A stretch of 11,090 nucleotides of DNA from an uncultured Dehalococcoidia bacterium (GTDB lineage: Bacteria; Chloroflexota; Dehalococcoidia; Lucifugimonadales; UBA3495), in the NCBI GenBank assembly GCA_950072105.1, contig CATMOE010000089.1:1-11090 (forward strand). The letters are read 5' to 3'. The notes beneath the pieces are model-generated. The model ran no database searches and was not told the DNA's origin. It saw nothing but the letters and a program-made list of their open reading frames with translations. Made by a program: the position numbers and the translations under genes. Of the stretch, positions 6,884 through 11,090 are shown piece after piece (the stretch's first letter is position 1; every line of letters starts with the position of its first letter).

Positions 6884-8554
6884 ATGCCCCAAACAATGAC
6901 CGGAAAACAAGCTCTGCTGGAAATGCTGAAAGCAGAAGGCGTGGAATACATCTTTGGCAATCCAGGGACGAGCGAAGGTCCGATCATAGATATGCTGGGA
7001 GATTATCCGGAGTTTAAATACATCCTCGCCTTGCAGGAGAGCGTCGCCGTCGGCATGGGAGAGTCCTATGCCAGGGCCACGGGAACCGCGTCCTTCGTCA
7101 GTCTTCACGTGGATAGCGGGCTGGCCAACGGAATCTGCCTCATGTTGGACGCCTTGAATACCGGAACTCCAATGGTTATAACGTCGGCCAATTACGACGC
7201 CCGCAAGATCAATGAAACGAAGACGGATCTAGCCGAACTCGTGCGGCCGGTTACCAAGTGGGCGGTGGAACTGACCCTTCCCGACCAGATTCCCAGCGCC
7301 ATTAGACGGGCGTTTAACGAAGCCAATAGTCATCCCAAGGGACCGGTTTACGTTGGTTTCACCTCCAACGCCCTTGAGGCCTCCGCGGAAATGAATATCG
7401 TACCCTCAAGCAAGATAGACGACGCAGTACGGCCAAGTTTGAAGGGGATCCATACAGCGGCGTCGCTGTTAGCCGCTTCTAAGAAACCCATGATGATCGT
7501 GGGAGACCGGGTTTCCGACGACGGCGCGGTGGACCAAGCCGTGGAGTTGGCCGAACTGCTTGGCCTCCCGGTATACCAGTCCCGGGGCGCCGAAGTCGCG
7601 TTTCCCACAACCCATCCTCAATTCATGGGAAACCATTCTTTAAGAGTTCCCGCGGATAGAGAAACTTTGCAACAAGCGGACGTGGTTCTGGCCATCGGGA
7701 TGGATACCTTCGACGAATTATTTTACTGGGGAGACGTGATACTTGGTTCGGCCGCAAAGTTGATCCACATCGACCCGGTCCACGGGCGGGTGGGTAGGTC
7801 GGAGCCCACCGATGTGGGCATCATTTCCCATTGTGGATTGGCTATCGAGGAACTGATCGGTTCGTTGAAGACTCGGCTTACGCCGGCCAACGAGGATGAG
7901 ATTAAGACTCGCGCTCAAACAGTTGTCAGCGAAGCCGTAGCGAAGAGGAGAGCCTTCGACGCGTCGGTGTCGGGGAAGTGGGACAGCCGTCCCATGACCC
8001 CAGCTAGGATGATGGATGAATTAGCCAAGGCGATACCTTCGAACGCCATAGTGGTGGATGACGCGATCAGCAACAGGGCTGCGTTGCGTCATTATTTCCA
8101 AGCGGCCAAGCGGGGCGATCTTGTAGGAGTGAGAGGACAGGCCATAGGCGGCGGGATCGGCGCTACCATGGGCACGCAATGCGCCTACCCCGACAGGCCG
8201 GTCTTTGGGATCATCGGCGACGGCAGCGCCATGATGACTATACAAGGCCTGTGGACGGCGGCGAACGACAACATCCCCTGCATCTTCGTGATCTGCAACA
8301 ACGGAATGTACCGGGTGTTGAAGGTCAACTTTAATGTCTATCAACGGGACATTCTCCAACTGTCCGAACCGGCCGGCAGCCAACTTTTGTATTCGGATTT
8401 CCCGACTCCCTTCGACATAGCGGCGATAGGCCGGAGCATGGGGGTCCACGGCGAGAGAATAGTGGAGCCGGAAGAGATCGCGCCAGCCGTCGCCAGGGCG
8501 GTTGCCTCGGGCAAACCAGCCGTGCTGGACATCGTCATCGATGGGTCTCTTTAA
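6884..8554 (+). CDS. Thiamine-diphosphate-dependent enzyme, benzoylformate decarboxylase (MdlC)-like subfamily; substrate unknown
   Basis: 556 aa. GVEYIFGNPGTSE, the cofactor-activating Glu in ALQESVAVGM, SLHVDSGLAN, PKGPVYV and the ThDP motif GDGSAMM...ICNNGMY. AGGAGG RBS at 6868-6873. Confidence 0.9.
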   Translation: MPQTMTGKQALLEMLKAEGVEYIFGNPGTSEGPIIDMLGDYPEFKYILALQESVAVGMGESYARATGTASFVSLHVDSGLANGICLMLDALNTGTPMVITSANYDARKINETKTDLAELVRPVTKWAVELTLPDQIPSAIRRAFNEANSHPKGPVYVGFTSNALEASAEMNIVPSSKIDDAVRPSLKGIHTAASLLAASKKPMMIVGDRVSDDGAVDQAVELAELLGLPVYQSRGAEVAFPTTHPQFMGNHSLRVPADRETLQQADVVLAIGMDTFDELFYWGDVILGSAAKLIHIDPVHGRVGRSEPTDVGIISHCGLAIEELIGSLKTRLTPANEDEIKTRAQTVVSEAVAKRRAFDASVSGKWDSRPMTPARMMDELAKAIPSNAIVVDDAISNRAALRHYFQAAKRGDLVGVRGQAIGGGIGATMGTQCAYPDRPVFGIIGDGSAMMTIQGLWTAANDNIPCIFVICNNGMYRVLKVNFNVYQRDILQLSEPAGSQLLYSDFPTPFDIAAIGRSMGVHGERIVEPEEIAPAVARAVASGKPAVLDIVIDGSL

Positions 8555-8575
8555 GTCGAAAACGGAGCGATGCTC

Positions 8576-10843
8576 ATGGCGACGATAACACTGGCATACG
8601 GGGCCAGGTTGGAGATCGCGGATGTGCTGTACGAGTTCGTCCGGGATGAGGCCGTCAACGGCACGGCTTGGACGGCGGACCAGTTGTTCGAAGTCCTGGG
8701 TGAGTTGGTCCAGGAATTCGGCCCCAGAAACCAGGAATTGTTGGCCAAGCGGATAAGCCGCCAGGAACAGATCGACCACTACTACATATCCAAGAGGAAC
8801 GGCGGTTGGGAGCCTACTCAAGCATCCGCCGGCCAGGACGCCGCGGACTTTGAGCAGTTCCTGGTGGACATCGGATATCTGGAGCCGGAAAGTTCCACCG
8901 AATTCAGCATGACGACCCCCCAGCTTGACGCCGATATGGATCAGAACGGCCCCGAGTTGGTCACACCCGTGAACAACGCTAGTATGGCGGTGGGGGGCGC
9001 AAACGCCCGGTGGGGCAGCCTCTACGACGCCTACTTCCTCAGTGATATCCATCCGGAGGTCGGCCGGGAGGAAAGCCGGACGGCGCGTCTGCGCATGGTA
9101 GTGGAGGAAACGACTGAGTTTCTGGACGCTCACGTTGCGCAATGGACGAACGGCGTGGGCTTCAAGGATATCGTTTCCTACTCGGTACACCTTAACCCCC
9201 AAGGGACTTACGAGGTTATTGGTCATACCGGCGAGGGAGCCGAGGTTGGGTTAGACAACACCGCCGTCTTCGTTGGATTCAACAAAGACGGCGAGAATCT
9301 GACGGACTTCTTTCTGGAAGACAACGGATTGAAGTTGCAATTTCAGCTTTATGGCGGCGGGCGGGTTAACGAAGAGAACGGCCAGTTCAGAGACCTCTTT
9401 GTCGAATCGGCCATCACCAACATCGTCGACTTTGAGGACGCCGTCGCCATCGTCGACGCGGACGACACGGTATCCGCTCTGAGAAACTACCTGGGCCTGA
9501 TCAAAGGCGACCTTCGCGCCTACGGTTCCAGGGGCAACTTGAAGACCATGAACTCGGATATCACCTCCTTGGATGTGAACGGCTCCAGCCAGGCATTCAA
9601 GGGAACGAGCTTGATGTCCGTGCGCAACGTGTCGCTGCACATGTATACGCCCATGGTAACCGTCGACGGCCAGCAGATACCCGAAAGGATCCTTGGAGTT
9701 TTGTTGACCACATTCATCGCCGCTTCCCACGATAAAGGCTCCAGCGGGGAAGTCGCCGAGGCGGACGGTGGACCGATCCCCATCCGAGGCCCCAACAGTA
9801 AAAAGGGCTACATCTACCAGGTGACCCCCAAGCTACAATCGTCGGAGGAAGTGGCCGAGCAGGTAAGGTTCTTTGAAGCCATCGAGAACAAGCTGGGTCT
9901 GGCGAATAACTCCATCCTCATCGGCATCATGAATGAAGAGCTGGGGATGACTCTCCAACTGGCCCAAGCCCTAAGGGCCGCCCAAAGCAGGACCTTCTTC
10001 ACCAATACCGGTTTCCTGGACCGGACTGGTTCCCAGATACGGACCCAGACGCAGGCGGGGCCGGTTGATCTTAGGGACGACCTCACACAAGAATTGTTTA
10101 ACACCAGCTATGAGCTTCATAACGTGGATGTAAGCATCCATGCCGGAGTCCATAGGCACGGGAAGATCGGCAAGGGGATGCAGGTCAGGAACCGGGCCAT
10201 GGCGGAAATGATGGAGAGGAAGATAGCCCATCCCAGGACCGGCGGTAATACGGCCTGGGTCCCCGCGCCCTACCCCAGCGACCTCCATTCCATGCATTAC
10301 CACATGGTCGATGTGGACCAAGTCCAAAGGGTCATGGAAGATTCACCTTCGCCGGGCATCATGCGTAGGGAACTATTGACCTTCCCTGTCTTGGATAGCG
10401 GCAAACTGGCCGAGCCTGGGGTAAAACAGTCTCTTTTACTAGGTTATACCCATAGCATGGTCGCCTACGTGGAGCCATGGGTCCATCGGGGCATCGGGTG
10501 CAGCGGTGTGCCCAACTTCGACCAGATCGAGGAGATGAAAGACCGGGCCACCGAGAGGATCGACGGCGCGATAATCGCCAACTGGAAACTGCATGGCGTG
10601 GTAGATCAGCAGGAGATCGAAGATGCGGTGAGAAAGGCGGCGGAAGTCGTGGATCAGCAAAACGCTAAGCAGCCTGGCTACGTCCCGATGACGGACACCC
10701 AGGAAAAACGGGACGCCTTGTTGGAAGAACCGGCCATCGCCGCCGTGTTGCAGATCATCGACGACGCCCTCTCCTCTCCCAGCGCTTACGTAGAACCCGC
10801 GTTGTTTAGGAACCGCATGGCGGTAAAAGGTGGTGGGGGATAG
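8576..10843 (+). CDS. glcB: Malate synthase G-like protein (divergent)
   Basis: ~755 aa. MSG motifs ANARWGSLYDA, ESAITNIVDFEDAVA, VRNV, NTGFLDRTG, IGKGM, NTAWVP...LHSMHYH, WVHRGIGCSGVP and DRATERI. ATG 8576 is preferred over 8570 for spacing from GGAG at 8564-8567. Confidence 0.85.
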   Translation: MATITLAYGARLEIADVLYEFVRDEAVNGTAWTADQLFEVLGELVQEFGPRNQELLAKRISRQEQIDHYYISKRNGGWEPTQASAGQDAADFEQFLVDIGYLEPESSTEFSMTTPQLDADMDQNGPELVTPVNNASMAVGGANARWGSLYDAYFLSDIHPEVGREESRTARLRMVVEETTEFLDAHVAQWTNGVGFKDIVSYSVHLNPQGTYEVIGHTGEGAEVGLDNTAVFVGFNKDGENLTDFFLEDNGLKLQFQLYGGGRVNEENGQFRDLFVESAITNIVDFEDAVAIVDADDTVSALRNYLGLIKGDLRAYGSRGNLKTMNSDITSLDVNGSSQAFKGTSLMSVRNVSLHMYTPMVTVDGQQIPERILGVLLTTFIAASHDKGSSGEVAEADGGPIPIRGPNSKKGYIYQVTPKLQSSEEVAEQVRFFEAIENKLGLANNSILIGIMNEELGMTLQLAQALRAAQSRTFFTNTGFLDRTGSQIRTQTQAGPVDLRDDLTQELFNTSYELHNVDVSIHAGVHRHGKIGKGMQVRNRAMAEMMERKIAHPRTGGNTAWVPAPYPSDLHSMHYHMVDVDQVQRVMEDSPSPGIMRRELLTFPVLDSGKLAEPGVKQSLLLGYTHSMVAYVEPWVHRGIGCSGVPNFDQIEEMKDRATERIDGAIIANWKLHGVVDQQEIEDAVRKAAEVVDQQNAKQPGYVPMTDTQEKRDALLEEPAIAAVLQIIDDALSSPSAYVEPALFRNRMAVKGGGG

Positions 10844-11037
10844 CCGGGGTGCAAGAGCGGACGGCACAGTCCCAAACTCGAAAAGAAACCGAGGCCCGTA
10901 TCCAAAGAGGGCTGGTCACTAGGTAGGGGCTTTACGTAGTCCTTATTACCTACAGCGAAATCAGTATATCGAGGGAAGTGATTCGCGGATCATCGTGGCA
11001 TTCCTTTTAGTGGAATCCTAACTGGCAGGAGGACGAG

Positions 11038-11090
11038 ATGGATGCCCATTACCCAGTTTCTCTTGAGGGTGAATTGGACCCCAACCTTAG
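11038..11090 (+). CDS. N-terminus of a probable DUF4389-family membrane protein (partial, runs off the right edge)
   Basis: AGGAGG RBS at 11027-11032, then ATG 11038: MDAHYPVSLEGELDPNL. This resembles the YPVxLxGELDPxLSRWLW start that I recall for DUF4389 proteins. Only 17 codons are visible. Confidence 0.55.
   Translation, partial: MDAHYPVSLEGELDPNL

Noticed and set aside
8021..9226. 401-aa antisense ORF, plus other antisense or alternate-frame ORFs (e.g. 3801-4397, 3907-4572, 1500-2012, 9251-9730)
   Set aside because: They overlap well-supported genes, show no recognisable motifs, and are expected shadow ORFs in GC-rich coding DNA.
10920..10952. Imperfect hairpin (taggta-ggggct / agtcct-tat-taccta) downstream of the malate synthase gene as an intrinsic terminator
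   Set aside because: The stem is bulged and weak, with no following U-tract.

Overview
GC-rich bacterial window with a dense catabolic gene cluster. On the minus strand are a luciferase-like (LLM) flavin-dependent oxidoreductase and the 5' part of a small hypothetical gene. Transcribed divergently on the plus strand are an SMP-30/gluconolactonase, a B12-binding/radical-SAM-fold protein, a carboxymuconolactone-decarboxylase/AhpD-like protein, a PAL-like NHL-repeat beta-propeller, an amidohydrolase_2 (lactonase-like) protein, a benzoylformate-decarboxylase-like ThDP enzyme, a divergent malate synthase G and the start of a probable DUF4389 membrane protein. The gene content resembles SAR202/Dehalococcoidia-like Chloroflexota (inference only). 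Main points of interest: (1) the B12/radical-SAM protein has lost all three CxxxCxxC cysteines in an otherwise intact ORF; (2) the malate synthase G keeps its catalytic residues but has many substitutions in normally conserved active-site motifs; (3) a cytoplasmic PAL-like lyase with apparently complete catalytic residues, an LLM monooxygenase and a malate synthase together suggest a glyoxylate-releasing and glyoxylate-assimilating pathway; (4) a ~143-bp nested palindromic REP/MITE-like element lies at 5584-5726; (5) a perfect 12-bp inverted repeat sits in the divergent promoter region. All family assignments come from motif recognition by eye, not from database searches.
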